Positions 18,764 to 31,012 of a stretch of DNA of 64,000 nucleotides are shown piece after piece. How positions within the stretch are numbered: the first letter of the stretch is position 1; each line of letters begins with the position of its first letter. The notes beneath the pieces are model-generated. The model searched no databases and was not told the origin of the DNA. It saw nothing but the letters and a program-made list of their open reading frames with translations. Made by a program: the position numbers and the translations under genes. Origin of the DNA: an uncultured delta proteobacterium (GTDB taxonomy: Bacteria; Myxococcota_A; UBA9160; JAFDET01). The DNA lies in assembly GCA_947259215.1 (NCBI GenBank), contig CAMYLJ010000008.1, positions 153,256 to 217,255 of the forward strand, in the 5' to 3' direction.

Positions 18764-19396
18764 ATGACCGGGGGAAGGCGCGTGGCTGCACGTCCCGCCA
18801 GCTCGAACGCCGCGCTCGGGAGCCTCTCGGACCGGGAGGTCGACCGACTCTGGCTGCGCGGCGACGCGCGGGCCTTCCCCGAGGTGCACCGACGCTACCG
18901 CCGTCGGCTCGAGGCCGTGGCGTACCGCATCGTGGGCAATCACGCGGACGCCGAGGACGTGGTGCAGCGCGTCTTCCTCGCCCTGCCGGGCTCCGCCTAC
19001 ACCGGCCGCGCGAGCCTCTGGACGTACCTCTACCGGGCCGCCAGCAACGCCGCGGTGAACGTGCTGCGCTCGCGCCGCCGGCGCGCCGCCCTGGAGCAGG
19101 AAGGTCTGCTGCGCCTGCGCGAGGCGCAGCGCGAGTCCGCCTCCCGAGGCGCCGACGCGAAGGTGCTCGAGGGCGAGGTGCTCGCCGCCGTGGCGGGCGC
19201 GCTCCTTCACGTGAAGCCTCGGCACCGGAAGGTGCTGGTGCAGCGGATCGTGTGGGGACTTTCGAACAGCGAGATCGCCGAGCGCGAGGGCGTTCCCCCG
19301 GCCACCGTCGGGACCTGGGTTCGGCGGGGGCGCGAGGAGCTGCGGCGCGCCCTCGGCCCCCTCGTGCGCGACCTCGAACGGGAGGGCAGCCCGTGA
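18764..19396 (+). CDS. ECF-type RNA polymerase sigma-70 family factor
   Basis: 210 aa. Region 2 (DAEDVVQRVFL, LWTYLYRAASNAAVN) and region 4 HTH (SNSEIAEREGVPPATVGTWVRRGREEL). Confidence 0.85.
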   Translation: MTGGRRVAARPASSNAALGSLSDREVDRLWLRGDARAFPEVHRRYRRRLEAVAYRIVGNHADAEDVVQRVFLALPGSAYTGRASLWTYLYRAASNAAVNVLRSRRRRAALEQEGLLRLREAQRESASRGADAKVLEGEVLAAVAGALLHVKPRHRKVLVQRIVWGLSNSEIAEREGVPPATVGTWVRRGREELRRALGPLVRDLEREGSP

Positions 19397-19851
19397 CGCA
19401 TCGGACCGCGCGGCGCCAGCTCGGCGCCCTGTTGGATGGAGAGCTTCGGGCAGCGGAGGAGGCGCAGGTGCGCGCGCACCTGGATGTCTGCAAGCGCTGC
19501 CGCCGCGACGTGCGCGAGCTGCGCGCGGCCGAGGAGCTGCTGCGCCTCATGCCCGCCAACCTGATCCCCCTCGGCTCGAGCCAGGAGGGGGAGGCGCGCC
19601 TGCGCGGCCTGGCCCGTTGGGCCGGCGCTGCGGCCCGGGAGCCTGCCCACACCAGCTGGCGCCAGCTGGCCGGCGGCCTGGCGGCGGCGGCGGCGCTGGT
19701 GCTGGTGCTGGCCACGGAGTCCCCGGTCCACCTGCCGGCCATGGGGGCAGAAGCCCCCGCGGAGATCGTGACCGTCGCAGCCCGGCTGCCCGGCGCCTCG
19801 GTGGTCGCCAACGCCCAGCCCGGCCTCCCTTCCTACAGCTGGCGCCAGTAG
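19393..19851 (+). CDS. anti-sigma factor (zf-HC2 type, single TM)
   Basis: GTG 19393 overlaps the sigma stop (GTGA). H-x3-C-x2-C motif (HLDVCKRC). TM segment LAGGLAAAAALVLVLA. Confidence 0.75.
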   Translation: MTHRTARRQLGALLDGELRAAEEAQVRAHLDVCKRCRRDVRELRAAEELLRLMPANLIPLGSSQEGEARLRGLARWAGAAAREPAHTSWRQLAGGLAAAAALVLVLATESPVHLPAMGAEAPAEIVTVAARLPGASVVANAQPGLPSYSWRQ

Positions 19852-20011
19852 CCCGCGGCCGGACGTCGCTCCCGCCCCCGGGTGGGGGCCTTGGCCCCTC
19901 GGGGAGTCGTGTCACCCGACGCTTGCCAGGCGGGACCCATCCCTGGGTAGCCGGCCTCGGACGGCCGGCTACCATCAGGGTGTTTCCCCAATGATTCGGG
20001 GGCGTTGCAGC

Positions 20012-22619
<2,608 letters not shown>

Positions 22620-22672
22620 GGGGAGGGCGCGCGATCCGGGGAGTCCTCGCAGCGGTCGTCGGGATCGTCATC

Positions 22673-23692
22673 GTGGCTGCGGTGGCGTGGTTGCTCGCTC
22701 GCGGAGGCGGTGTCGGTCCGACAGCGCCTCCTCCCACCACCGCTTCGGAAGCGAGCCCCGCGCCGACGACTGCCGCGCAGGACGCCACCGCGGTCGCGCG
22801 GCGACGGGAGCTGGAGTCCGTGCGTGGGAGCGACCCCGACGGCGAGCTCACGCTCGGCCCCGACGGACACTTCCTGCCGTCCGCCGCAGCGTTGCGTTTC
22901 TTCGACTACTTCCTGAGCGCCCGGGGAGAGGTTCCCCTCGAGACCCTGCGCGACCGCGTGGCGGTGGAGATCGACGCGCGCCTGGATCCCCCGGCCGACG
23001 CCGAGGCCCGGGAGTTGCTGGTGGCCTATCTCGCCTACCTGGACGCGGCCGCCGAGCTGCCCGAGCTGGGCCTCGCCCACGACGAGCTGGAGCGACGCCT
23101 GCAGCGATTGCGCGAGCTCCGCCGGGAGCACTTCGGCGTCCAGGCCGAGGTGCTGTTCGCGGAGGAAGACGCCATGGCGGTGGTGGCGATCGAGCGCCGG
23201 CGCATCCTGGACGACCCGACCCTTACCGACATGGAGCGGATCCGCCTGCTGGCCCAGGTGCAGGAGCAGCTTCCGGACGACGTGCGCCGCGCCGAGGCCG
23301 AGGCCATGCTGCCCCTGCGGCTCGCCCAGGAGGAGCAGCGCCTGCGCGGGGAGGGGGCCAGCGAGGAAGACATCCGGGCCATGCGCGAGAGCGCGATCGA
23401 CGATCCCGAGGCGCTGGACCGCCTGGAGGGCGTGGATCGGCAGCGCGCGGAGTGGGACGCGCGCATGCAGGCCTACCGCGCGGAGCGCGACCAGGTGCTG
23501 GGCCGCCTCGGGCCAGAGGCTGGCGACGGCGCCCGCTGGCGCTTCATTCGCGCGGTGCGCAGCCGGCACTTCGAGCCGGAGGAGCTCCCGCGCGTCGAGG
23601 CCCTGGACCGGATCGAGTCCCGCGACCGGGGCGAGGGCTGGATCCCGGGCGGCCAGCCGCGCGTGCCCTCGCCGCCTCCGGTCACCCCCTGA
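22673..23692 (+). CDS. lif: lipase-specific foldase (Lif chaperone)
   Basis: Lif signature ALRFFDYFLSARGE, a long helical E/R/A-rich body, and a position immediately after lipA. 22673 is the first canonical start (GTG), but it lies inside the TM anchor. The anchor (RGVLAAVVGIVIVAAVAWLLA) begins at an in-frame ATC at 22634 preceded by GGAGG (see findings). Confidence 0.8.
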   Translation: MAAVAWLLARGGGVGPTAPPPTTASEASPAPTTAAQDATAVARRRELESVRGSDPDGELTLGPDGHFLPSAAALRFFDYFLSARGEVPLETLRDRVAVEIDARLDPPADAEARELLVAYLAYLDAAAELPELGLAHDELERRLQRLRELRREHFGVQAEVLFAEEDAMAVVAIERRRILDDPTLTDMERIRLLAQVQEQLPDDVRRAEAEAMLPLRLAQEEQRLRGEGASEEDIRAMRESAIDDPEALDRLEGVDRQRAEWDARMQAYRAERDQVLGRLGPEAGDGARWRFIRAVRSRHFEPEELPRVEALDRIESRDRGEGWIPGGQPRVPSPPPVTP

Positions 23693-23748
23693 GGCGCGCG
23701 ATCCTCGCGGCCCACGGCAAGGACCTGTGGCTGGCCGAAGGTCCGGTC

Positions 23749-24390
23749 GTGCGCTTCCTGCGCTTCTTCCCGTATCCGACGCGCATGGCCGTGGTGCGCC
23801 TCGCGGACGGGGGCCTGTGGATCTGGTCGCCCATCGAGCTGAACGACGCGCTCGCGGCTGAGCTGGAGGCGCTCGGTCCCGTCCGCCAGCTCGTGGCGCC
23901 CAACAAGCTGCATCACCTCTACCTCGGCGCCTGGGCCGAGCGCTTTCCCGATGCGCGCCTGCACGCACCGCCCGGCCTCGCGGAGAAGCGCCGCGACCTC
24001 CACTTCCACGCCGAGCTTGCGGACGCGCCGGATCCCGCGTGGGCCGGCCAAATCGACCAGGTGGTCTTCCGCGGGAGCTTCTTCCTGGAGGAGGTCGTCT
24101 TCTTCCACCGCGCCTCGGGCACGGCCCTCGTCTGCGACCTGGTGCAGCGCTTCGACCCGGCCACGCTCACGGGCTGGCTCGGCCTGCTGATGAAGCTCTG
24201 GGGCCTCACCGGCCCCGACGGCAGCACGCCTCGCGAGTGGCGCGCCAGCTGGCTCGACCGCAAGGCGGGGCGCGCGGCGCTGACGACGGCCCTCGCCTGG
24301 AGCCCGGAGCGCCTGGTCATCGCCCACGGCGTGCTGCCCCAGGAGAACGGCGGCGCCGCCCTGGCCCGCGGCCTGCGCTGGCTCGGCTGA
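23749..24390 (+). CDS. DUF4336-like protein (metallo-beta-lactamase-fold related)
   Basis: Conserved-looking body: RMAVVRLADGGLWIWSPIEL, VRQLVAPNKLHHLYL, LVCDLVQ. The first canonical start is GTG 23749, but similarity seems to extend upstream to in-frame ATC 23701 (..ILAAHGKDLWLAEGP). Confidence 0.65.
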   Translation: MRFLRFFPYPTRMAVVRLADGGLWIWSPIELNDALAAELEALGPVRQLVAPNKLHHLYLGAWAERFPDARLHAPPGLAEKRRDLHFHAELADAPDPAWAGQIDQVVFRGSFFLEEVVFFHRASGTALVCDLVQRFDPATLTGWLGLLMKLWGLTGPDGSTPREWRASWLDRKAGRAALTTALAWSPERLVIAHGVLPQENGGAALARGLRWLG

Positions 24391-24430
24391 GGCGCCCCCC
24401 GCGCCCCGGCGCTACCCTGCTCGCCGGCAC

Positions 24431-24507
24431 GCGCCGGTAGCTCAGCTGGATAGAGCACCAGGCTTCGAACCTGGGGGTCGGGGGTTCGAATCCCTCCCGG
24501 CGTGCCA
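24431..24507 (+). tRNA. tRNA-Arg (anticodon UCG), CCA encoded
   Basis: Hand-folded cloverleaf. Acceptor GCGCCGG/CCGGCGU (G1-U72), D-stem GCUC/GAGC, anticodon stem CCAGG/CCUGG with loop CU-UCG-AA, 5-nt variable loop, T-arm GGGGG-UUCGAAU-CCCUC, discriminator G, CCA. Confidence 0.9.
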
Positions 24508-24550
24508 TGATTCCGGGCAGGCACTCCGCCTCGCGTTCGCTCCGCCTATA

Positions 24551-25945
24551 ATGCGCCGGCCGATGCCTCGGATCCGGCTCCTCCGCCGCGCACTCCCGGC
24601 CTTCGTAGGGCTCGCTGTGATTGCGTCCTCGCCGGGCGCCGCCCGCGCCGAGCCGCGCCCGTGGCGCCTGGACGACCTGCTGCCGGAGCGGATCTCGCTC
24701 TCGTTCGAGACGCGCGTCCGCTACGAGTACCTCTTCGACCCGTTCCGGGCCGGCACGACCGGCGATGCGGACATCCTGGTGCTCCGCACCCTGCTGCACG
24801 GCCGCGTGCGGGTCACGGACCGGCTGACCGTCGGCGCCGAGATGCTCGACGCCCGGGCCTACTTCCAGCAGATCCCGGTCAGCACCGGGATCGTGAACAC
24901 GTCCGAGCTCCTCCAGGGCTACGCGGAGTTCCAGGCGGCGTGGCCCTTCGGCGGCACTTCGACCTTGCGTGGCGGGCGCATCACGCTGGACGTGGGGAGC
25001 CGCCGCCTCGTGGCGCGCAACCGCTTCCGCAACACCATCAACGGGTTCACCGGACTGGACTGGCAGTGGCAGGGCGAAGGGCAGCGGAAGGCCCGGGCGT
25101 TCTACGTGCTGCCCGTGCAGCGCCGCCCCTTCCTGCCGGCGGAGACGGCCGACAACAAGGTCCGCTTCGACCGCGAGTCGTTCGACGTCCAGTTCTGGGG
25201 GCTCTTCGCCAGCGACGCCCTGCCCGGCGACCATCGCGGTGAGCTCTACCTGTTCGGCCTCCACGAGGACGACAGCGACCGCCGTCCTACGCGCAACCAG
25301 CGGCTCGTCACGCCGGGGATCCGCCTCTGGAAGCCCCCCGCCACGGGGCGGCTCGACTACCAGCTGGAATCCGTGCTGCAGTTCGGCCAGTCGCGGGCGA
25401 CGACGGCGAGCCTGCGCGACCTGGACCACTTCGCCCACTTCCACCACCTGGAGCTGGGCTGGTCCTTCGATGCGCCGGCGTCGCCGCGGCTGCTGGCGCA
25501 GTTCGACTACGCCAGCGGCGACGACGATCCCGACGACGGGCGCAACGGTCGTTTCAGCACGCTCTTCGGCGCCCGCCGCTTCGACTTCAACCCCACGGGC
25601 ATCTACGGTCCCTTCTTTCGCGCCAACCTGGTCACTCCGGGGCTGCGCCTGCAGCTCGAGCCGCTCGAGAGCGTGACCAGCTTCGTGAGCCTGCGCGCCT
25701 TCTGGCTGGCGCAGAAGCGCGACGCCTGGGTCGGCTCGGGCCTGCGCGACGTCACGGGGCGCTCCGGCAGCTACCTGGGCACGCAGATCGAGCTGCGGGT
25801 GCGCTGGGACGTGCTGCCCGGGAACCTGCGGCTCGAGGCCGGCTTCGCCCACCTGTTCGCAGGCCGCTTCCGGGACGACGCGCCCCGGTCGAACGGTCAG
25901 GGGGACGCGACCTACGTCTACAGCCAGGCGACGGTTCGTTTCTAG
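24551..25945 (+). CDS. alginate-export (AlgE-like) family outer-membrane beta-barrel
   Basis: 464 aa with a signal peptide (ATG 24563 is an alternative start). Alternating beta-strand pattern, C-terminal ..YSQATVRF ending in Phe, motifs RVRYEY and TLRGGRITLDVGSRRLVARNRFRN. Confidence 0.7.
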   Translation: MRRPMPRIRLLRRALPAFVGLAVIASSPGAARAEPRPWRLDDLLPERISLSFETRVRYEYLFDPFRAGTTGDADILVLRTLLHGRVRVTDRLTVGAEMLDARAYFQQIPVSTGIVNTSELLQGYAEFQAAWPFGGTSTLRGGRITLDVGSRRLVARNRFRNTINGFTGLDWQWQGEGQRKARAFYVLPVQRRPFLPAETADNKVRFDRESFDVQFWGLFASDALPGDHRGELYLFGLHEDDSDRRPTRNQRLVTPGIRLWKPPATGRLDYQLESVLQFGQSRATTASLRDLDHFAHFHHLELGWSFDAPASPRLLAQFDYASGDDDPDDGRNGRFSTLFGARRFDFNPTGIYGPFFRANLVTPGLRLQLEPLESVTSFVSLRAFWLAQKRDAWVGSGLRDVTGRSGSYLGTQIELRVRWDVLPGNLRLEAGFAHLFAGRFRDDAPRSNGQGDATYVYSQATVRF

Positions 25946-25978
25946 CGAAGCCAGCCGTCGCGATGCCGCGCCCGAGGC

Positions 25979-27496
25979 CTAGAGAACGCCCTCCCAGGCC
26001 TCCCGCTCGGCGGCCTGGGGATCATCCTCCACCCGCGACTCGGAACCCAGGATCATGGTGGCGCGGCGTTCCGCGTCGTATCCGGGCCAGGCGGGAAGCC
26101 CGGCGTGGGCCGGATCGCCGGTCCTGGCGAAGGCGAGCCACGCGTCCATCACCTGCTCGCAGAAGCGCGCGGCGTCTTCGCCCGCGCCCACGAACTGCTC
26201 GCCGCCGGGCATGGCCCAGGTGCCGAACACGAAGGGAAGCTCGATGGCGTGACATGCGCCGAGCAGGCCGCCGAACAGGGGCGACTCCCAGTCCACGCGG
26301 TACATGAAGCACTGCTCCGTGTGCGGCGCCTGGGCTTCGGCGAGCCGGATCGCGGGGACGCGGAAGACGCGGTCCGTCTCGATGGCGTAGAAGATCTCGG
26401 GTGCGCGGGTCGGGAAGCGCCCCTCGCGCGCGCCGCGGTAGGTCGCGAGCAGGGCGTCGCCGTCGACGCCGGGAATGCGGCCGGCCAGCTTCTGGCGCAG
26501 GCGCCCGTCGTCCAGGCTCGGGACGTCCGGCTCGATGAGGGCGCCCAGCAGCTTCCACTCGTCGCGGGTGGTGCCCGCCAGCAGCGAGACGCCGCGGGCG
26601 CCCCCGGCGCGCACGGCTTCGAGGGGCGGCTCGGGCAGGAAGTCGCCGTCCACCAGGGGCTGGAACGGGAGCAGCCCTGTCGGACCAGCGAGCTTGAAGA
26701 GCGTCTGCTGTTGCATGTCGAGCAGCCTCGCCACCGGGACCTCGGGCAGTGCGCCCGCCGCGTCGGAGGGCGCGACGCCCAGATGGTCGAGGAACGCCTC
26801 GGCGATCTTGCTGGCCGACTCGCGGGTGTGGAAGTTGCGGGCCGCCCCGGACTGGGGGATCGCGCGCCGGAAGAGGCCGCGGGCCGACGGCACGCCCAGG
26901 ATGGTTCCGACGCTCATGCCCCCGGCCGACTCGCCGAAGATCGTCACGTTTTCGGGGTCGCCGCCGAAAGCCTCCACGTTGTCGTGCACCCAGCGCAGCG
27001 CGGCGACCTGATCGCGGGTTCCCTCGTTCCCCGCGTGCGGGTAGTCCGGGCAGAGGTCCGCCAGGTAGAGGAAGCCCAGCGGGCCCATGCGGTAGTTGAT
27101 CGTGACCACCACCACGTTGCCGCGGCGGGCGAGGGCCGCGCCGTCGTACACCGCCTGGGCGCCCGAGCCGATCACGTAGCCGCCGCCGTGGATCCAGAAC
27201 ATCACCGGGCGCCGCTTGCCGTCACAGGCCGGCGTCCAGACGTTCAGATAGAGGCAGTCCTCATCGGTCGCGCCCACGTCCATGCCGGGCAGCGCCAGCA
27301 TCATCGTGTTCTGCGGGGCGCTCCTCCCGAACGTGCCGGCATCCCGCGTACCCGACCACGGCTCGGGCGGCTGGGGGGGGCGGAAGCGCAGGCCTCCGAT
27401 CGGCGGCTTCGCGTAGGGGATGCCGCGGAAGACGCAGAGCCGGTCCTCCTCGCGGCCCTCGAGCCTTCCTTGCCGTACGTGGACGCTGGGGTTCAT
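25979..27496 (-). CDS. type-B carboxylesterase/lipase family protein (para-nitrobenzyl-esterase-like)
   Basis: 505 aa from ATG 27496 (GGAGGAGG upstream). Motifs: FRGIPYAKPP, EDCLYLNVW, WIHGGG, nucleophile GESAGG. Confidence 0.9.
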   Translation of the reverse strand: MNPSVHVRQGRLEGREEDRLCVFRGIPYAKPPIGGLRFRPPQPPEPWSGTRDAGTFGRSAPQNTMMLALPGMDVGATDEDCLYLNVWTPACDGKRRPVMFWIHGGGYVIGSGAQAVYDGAALARRGNVVVVTINYRMGPLGFLYLADLCPDYPHAGNEGTRDQVAALRWVHDNVEAFGGDPENVTIFGESAGGMSVGTILGVPSARGLFRRAIPQSGAARNFHTRESASKIAEAFLDHLGVAPSDAAGALPEVPVARLLDMQQQTLFKLAGPTGLLPFQPLVDGDFLPEPPLEAVRAGGARGVSLLAGTTRDEWKLLGALIEPDVPSLDDGRLRQKLAGRIPGVDGDALLATYRGAREGRFPTRAPEIFYAIETDRVFRVPAIRLAEAQAPHTEQCFMYRVDWESPLFGGLLGACHAIELPFVFGTWAMPGGEQFVGAGEDAARFCEQVMDAWLAFARTGDPAHAGLPAWPGYDAERRATMILGSESRVEDDPQAAEREAWEGVL

Positions 27497-27608
27497 GAAC
27501 GCCTCCTCCGGACCGCCGGCGGGGAGTCTACCAGCCCCGGGCAAGCCGCCTACCCGCGCCGAGCGGCCCCGGGCGCGCTCCTCTACCCTGGCCGCCAGGA
27601 ATTCGTCG

Positions 27609-30191
27609 ATGGCCCCCTCGAACGAACGGCGCCTGCGAGGGCGGCATGCGGCCGCCGTCCTGGTCGCGGTCGTGGCGATCTGGATCGTCGCAGAGACGGT
27701 CCCGTTCGGGTCCCACGCCTTCCTGCCCGACGAGGAGTCTCGCTCCGACGGCGAGTACGGCTACGAGGTTCCCCTCGATCCCGAGAGCCCGTGGCCGAAG
27801 TTCCGGGCCAACGCGCTCCAGAACGGCCGCAGTCCCGTCACCGCGACCGTCGATCCTTCGCGGCGGCCGTGGGAGTACCGGACCGGCAAGGGCGTCTTCA
27901 GCTCACCGGTGGTCGACGCCGCGGGCAGCGTGTACATCGGCTCGGCCGACGGGTTCTTCTACGCCATCGACCGGGACGGGCAGCTCCTGTGGGAGTTCGA
28001 GACCGGAGGGGTCGTCGATTCGTCGGCGCTGCTCGACGACCGCGGTCGCGTGTACTTCGGGTCCGGGGACGCTCACGTCTACGCCCTCGACCGGGCGGGC
28101 GGCGACCTCCTCTGGAAGTTCGAGGCCGATCCCGTCGAGGTCGTGGAGGCGCGCTACGACGTCGACTCCTTCAACGTCGACTGGTTCGAGGGCAACGTCG
28201 CCATGCTCGCCGACGGCACCCTCCTCGCCCCCAACGACAACTTCCTGATCTACGCCATCGATCGGGACAGCGGACGGAAGCAGGCCGAGTACCTGGGCAA
28301 CGAGCTGATGTGGTCGCTCCCGGCGGTGAACACCCGGACGGGCAGGATGTTCGCCGGCTCCCAGTACATGGTCTGGCGGAACGTGTACGCCTTCGACACG
28401 CGGAGTGGGGAGCGCGCATGGACCAGCGGGGGTTGGGGATCCAACGCCGCTTCACCCCTCCTGACCTCCCGGGCGCCCAACGGCGCGCTCGTCATCGGCG
28501 GATACGATGGCTTCGTCCGGGCCTACGCCCAGGACGGCGGCAAGCAGCTCTGGAAGCGGGGCACCCGCGGCCACATCTACGCCAGCCCGGCCCAGCTCTC
28601 CGACGGCACCATCATCCAGCCCTCCACCGACGGCACGATCTACGCCCTCGAGCCCGCGACGGGGGAGGTGAAGTGGGCCTACGACAGCCTGGGCCCCATC
28701 CGGTCGTCGCCCGCCGTCGACGCCCGGGACCGGATCTACGTGGGCGGCGGGGAAGGGCGCCTCTTCTGCCTCAACCCCGACGGGACCCTGCGCTGGTCCT
28801 ATCTCCTGATCGACGAGGAGCGCAACGACCTGAACGGCTCACCCGCTCTCGGCAATGCGGGCGTGTACCTCGCGGGCCAGAACGGCGGCGTGTTCCACGT
28901 GCCCTACGACTACCCCCTGACCGAGACGGGCAAGCGCGACCCGCGCACCACCCTCGGGCCGGGCGAGGCGCTTCCCGCGGAGGGCGTGCTGCTGATCTAC
29001 ACCGAGCCGTTCGGTGGTCTGCGGGTCGAGCCCCCGGAGACGATCGACGCCAACCAGCCGCTGGCCTTCACGCTCGTCGTGCGGAACGACCACGACACGG
29101 CGCAGGCCGCCATCGACCGGGAGGACCTGAAGGTCCGGGTCACGGGCGACCCGGAGCGGAAGCTGCACGTGTCGGGAGACGGGCAGTTCCTGATCCTGAT
29201 CCCGCAGCAGGCGTGGATGGGGCCCGAAGGAGGAACCCTCCGGATAGACGTCGAGGGCAGCTACCGGACGCGGCTGTGGCGGATCGGGCTCAAGTTCTTC
29301 GGCGGGAGCCGGGGCGGCTCCCTCGCTCAGAGCTTCAGCTTCCAGGTCGCGCCCCGGAGCGAGCAGGCGTCGCCCGTCCGGGTTCCCCGGCAGCCCGGCG
29401 ACCCCGCGACGGTCTTCGAGCTGAGTCGCTTCGCGGCACCCAACCCCACGATGTTGCCGTCCTGGAACCAGATCGGCTTCGACTCGCTGCACTACCTCGC
29501 CGGCGTGGTGGAGGGAACGCCGGAGCGGGCCCTGGTCTGGGTCGTCGCGGGCAGGGTCCACGAGGGCAGGACGGTCGTGGATCCGAGCCTGGGGCTGCGC
29601 TTCCCGCTCGTCCTGGAGCATGACCGGGGGCTTCTGACGTTCCACAACGACGACGGCTTCAAGATCAACTTCGTCGGATCGTGGGACATGCCGTTCGGCA
29701 GCTACCGCGCCTCCACGCGGACGGACTCCCGGACCGGCGGAATCCGCAGGTCCGCGGCTCTTTCGGCCGTCGCCGACTGCGACGAGCTCGAGTACTACGG
29801 GAACTTCCTCAAGCTGATGGGCATGGCGGAGATGGATACGGGTCAGATGGCGGTCTTCGGGGGCCTCGACGTGGCTCTCCACGGAGATGCGGTTGCGACC
29901 CTGCCGGCGGGGGTCGGCTCGGTGAGCTTCTCGCGCGACGAGTCGTCGGCGACCGCGACGATCTCGGGCGGCTCGCTCCGGAAGACCGATCACGTCTTCA
30001 GCCTGCTCCTCGTCGATGCGCGCAGCGGTCGCGCGCTGCCGCTCTACTACACCCAGCGCAGCGACGTGCGGGCCAACGCGGACGGCGAAGTCACGTCGGT
30101 GAGCGTCGCGTTCGACGAGGTCGAGATCCCGGAGGAGGTCCGGGCCTACTACATGGTGGACACCCATCCGGCCGCTCGCGGACAGATCTGA
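27609..30191 (+). CDS. membrane-anchored PQQ-like (BamB-type) beta-propeller repeat protein with a C-terminal half of about 430 aa of unknown function
   Basis: ATG 27609. TM anchor [15 protein letters not shown]. Repeats of the type SSPVVDAAGSVYIGSADGFFYAIDRDGQLLW, seen at least 6 times. The C-terminal half has no motif I recognise. Confidence 0.8.
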   Translation: MAPSNERRLRGRHAAAVLVAVVAIWIVAETVPFGSHAFLPDEESRSDGEYGYEVPLDPESPWPKFRANALQNGRSPVTATVDPSRRPWEYRTGKGVFSSPVVDAAGSVYIGSADGFFYAIDRDGQLLWEFETGGVVDSSALLDDRGRVYFGSGDAHVYALDRAGGDLLWKFEADPVEVVEARYDVDSFNVDWFEGNVAMLADGTLLAPNDNFLIYAIDRDSGRKQAEYLGNELMWSLPAVNTRTGRMFAGSQYMVWRNVYAFDTRSGERAWTSGGWGSNAASPLLTSRAPNGALVIGGYDGFVRAYAQDGGKQLWKRGTRGHIYASPAQLSDGTIIQPSTDGTIYALEPATGEVKWAYDSLGPIRSSPAVDARDRIYVGGGEGRLFCLNPDGTLRWSYLLIDEERNDLNGSPALGNAGVYLAGQNGGVFHVPYDYPLTETGKRDPRTTLGPGEALPAEGVLLIYTEPFGGLRVEPPETIDANQPLAFTLVVRNDHDTAQAAIDREDLKVRVTGDPERKLHVSGDGQFLILIPQQAWMGPEGGTLRIDVEGSYRTRLWRIGLKFFGGSRGGSLAQSFSFQVAPRSEQASPVRVPRQPGDPATVFELSRFAAPNPTMLPSWNQIGFDSLHYLAGVVEGTPERALVWVVAGRVHEGRTVVDPSLGLRFPLVLEHDRGLLTFHNDDGFKINFVGSWDMPFGSYRASTRTDSRTGGIRRSAALSAVADCDELEYYGNFLKLMGMAEMDTGQMAVFGGLDVALHGDAVATLPAGVGSVSFSRDESSATATISGGSLRKTDHVFSLLLVDARSGRALPLYYTQRSDVRANADGEVTSVSVAFDEVEIPEEVRAYYMVDTHPAARGQI

Positions 30192-30210
30192 GCGCCGGAG
30201 CGACGCTTCG

Positions 30211-30669
30211 TCAGGCTGTCCGGTCCACGGCGCGGCGGCTCGACGTAGCCGGGACCGACGCGTCGGCGCGTGCGAGTCGGGGCAGGAAGACGAGGGGCCA
30301 GATCGCGAGGAAGAGGTTGGCCGCCCACCAGCTCGGATCGAAGTCGAGGCGGATGGCCCAGAACGAGACGGCCATGAAGCCGGCGCAGAAGGTGAGCGCC
30401 AGGGAGAAGGCCGCGAGCGGCCGCCACGAGGGATCGCCGCGGGAGTGCCGCCGGACGGCGAGCAGCCCGCAGACCGAGAGCAGCATGTCGAGCGGGAAGA
30501 AGGACCAGTTCCAGGCGTAGACGATCGGATCGTCGTAGTCCTTGAAGAGCCACGCCTCCGGAACCACCTCCAGACCCATCCGGATCAGGAGCGAGACGGA
30601 CCAGTAGAGGATGAAGCCGACGTCGGTCAGGAGGACGAATGGCTTCATGCGCTTCATGACGTCGTCCAT
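30211..30669 (-). CDS. hypothetical integral membrane protein (4 TM)
   Basis: 152 aa from ATG 30669 (MDDVMKRMKPFVLLTDVGFILYW). The upstream part of the 272-aa ORF is shadow. Confidence 0.6.
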   Translation of the reverse strand: MDDVMKRMKPFVLLTDVGFILYWSVSLLIRMGLEVVPEAWLFKDYDDPIVYAWNWSFFPLDMLLSVCGLLAVRRHSRGDPSWRPLAAFSLALTFCAGFMAVSFWAIRLDFDPSWWAANLFLAIWPLVFLPRLARADASVPATSSRRAVDRTA

Positions 30670-31012
30670 GTCTTGGCCTTTCTCGGCGCCGGGCCGGGCA
30701 CGCGCTGCGGCGCGCATCCGGAATGTTCCACAGTCGGACCGCGGCGCCTCGTCGCGGTACGGACTCCGGGCGATTTCCCGCGGGAAGCCCGCCTCCGCGG
30801 ACGCGCCCGGCCCCGCCTCGAGCGCTGGCCGTGACAGGCAACGGGCCCTCCGGATCCGGCCTTCGGGCGGGTACGCGCGGATCCGCGCTTCGGAGCGCTG
30901 CTGGACGAGATGGCGGGCCAGTGGATCGCGTACCTCGAAGCCCGCGAGCCCTCGAGCTGGACGGGCCGTTCGGGGATCTGCTGCGCGAGGACCTGGAGGC
31001 CCTGCGCGCCCG

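Noticed and set aside
22626-23703. Identical 12-mer GGCGCGCGATCC at both ends of the lif gene (22626..22637 and 23693..23704), considered as a repeat or recombination site
   Set aside because: A 12-nt GC-rich match is expected by chance many times in 64 kb of 70 % GC DNA, and there is no further flanking similarity.
24431-24560. tRNA-Arg as an integration hotspot for a genomic island (lipase/esterase/porin genes on either side)
   Set aside because: No integrase, no visible direct repeat of the tRNA 3' end, no transposase, and no obvious compositional break that I can judge by eye.
30670-31012. 343-nt gap between two small membrane-protein genes, containing the palindrome GCGCGGATCCGCGC, a GCGCT-tcgg-AGCGC hairpin and short ORFs (30723..31016, 30910..31140)
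   Set aside because: The ORFs are low-complexity and lack starts with an SD. The hairpins are short and GC-driven. This is probably just a terminator/promoter spacer, with nothing further supportable.
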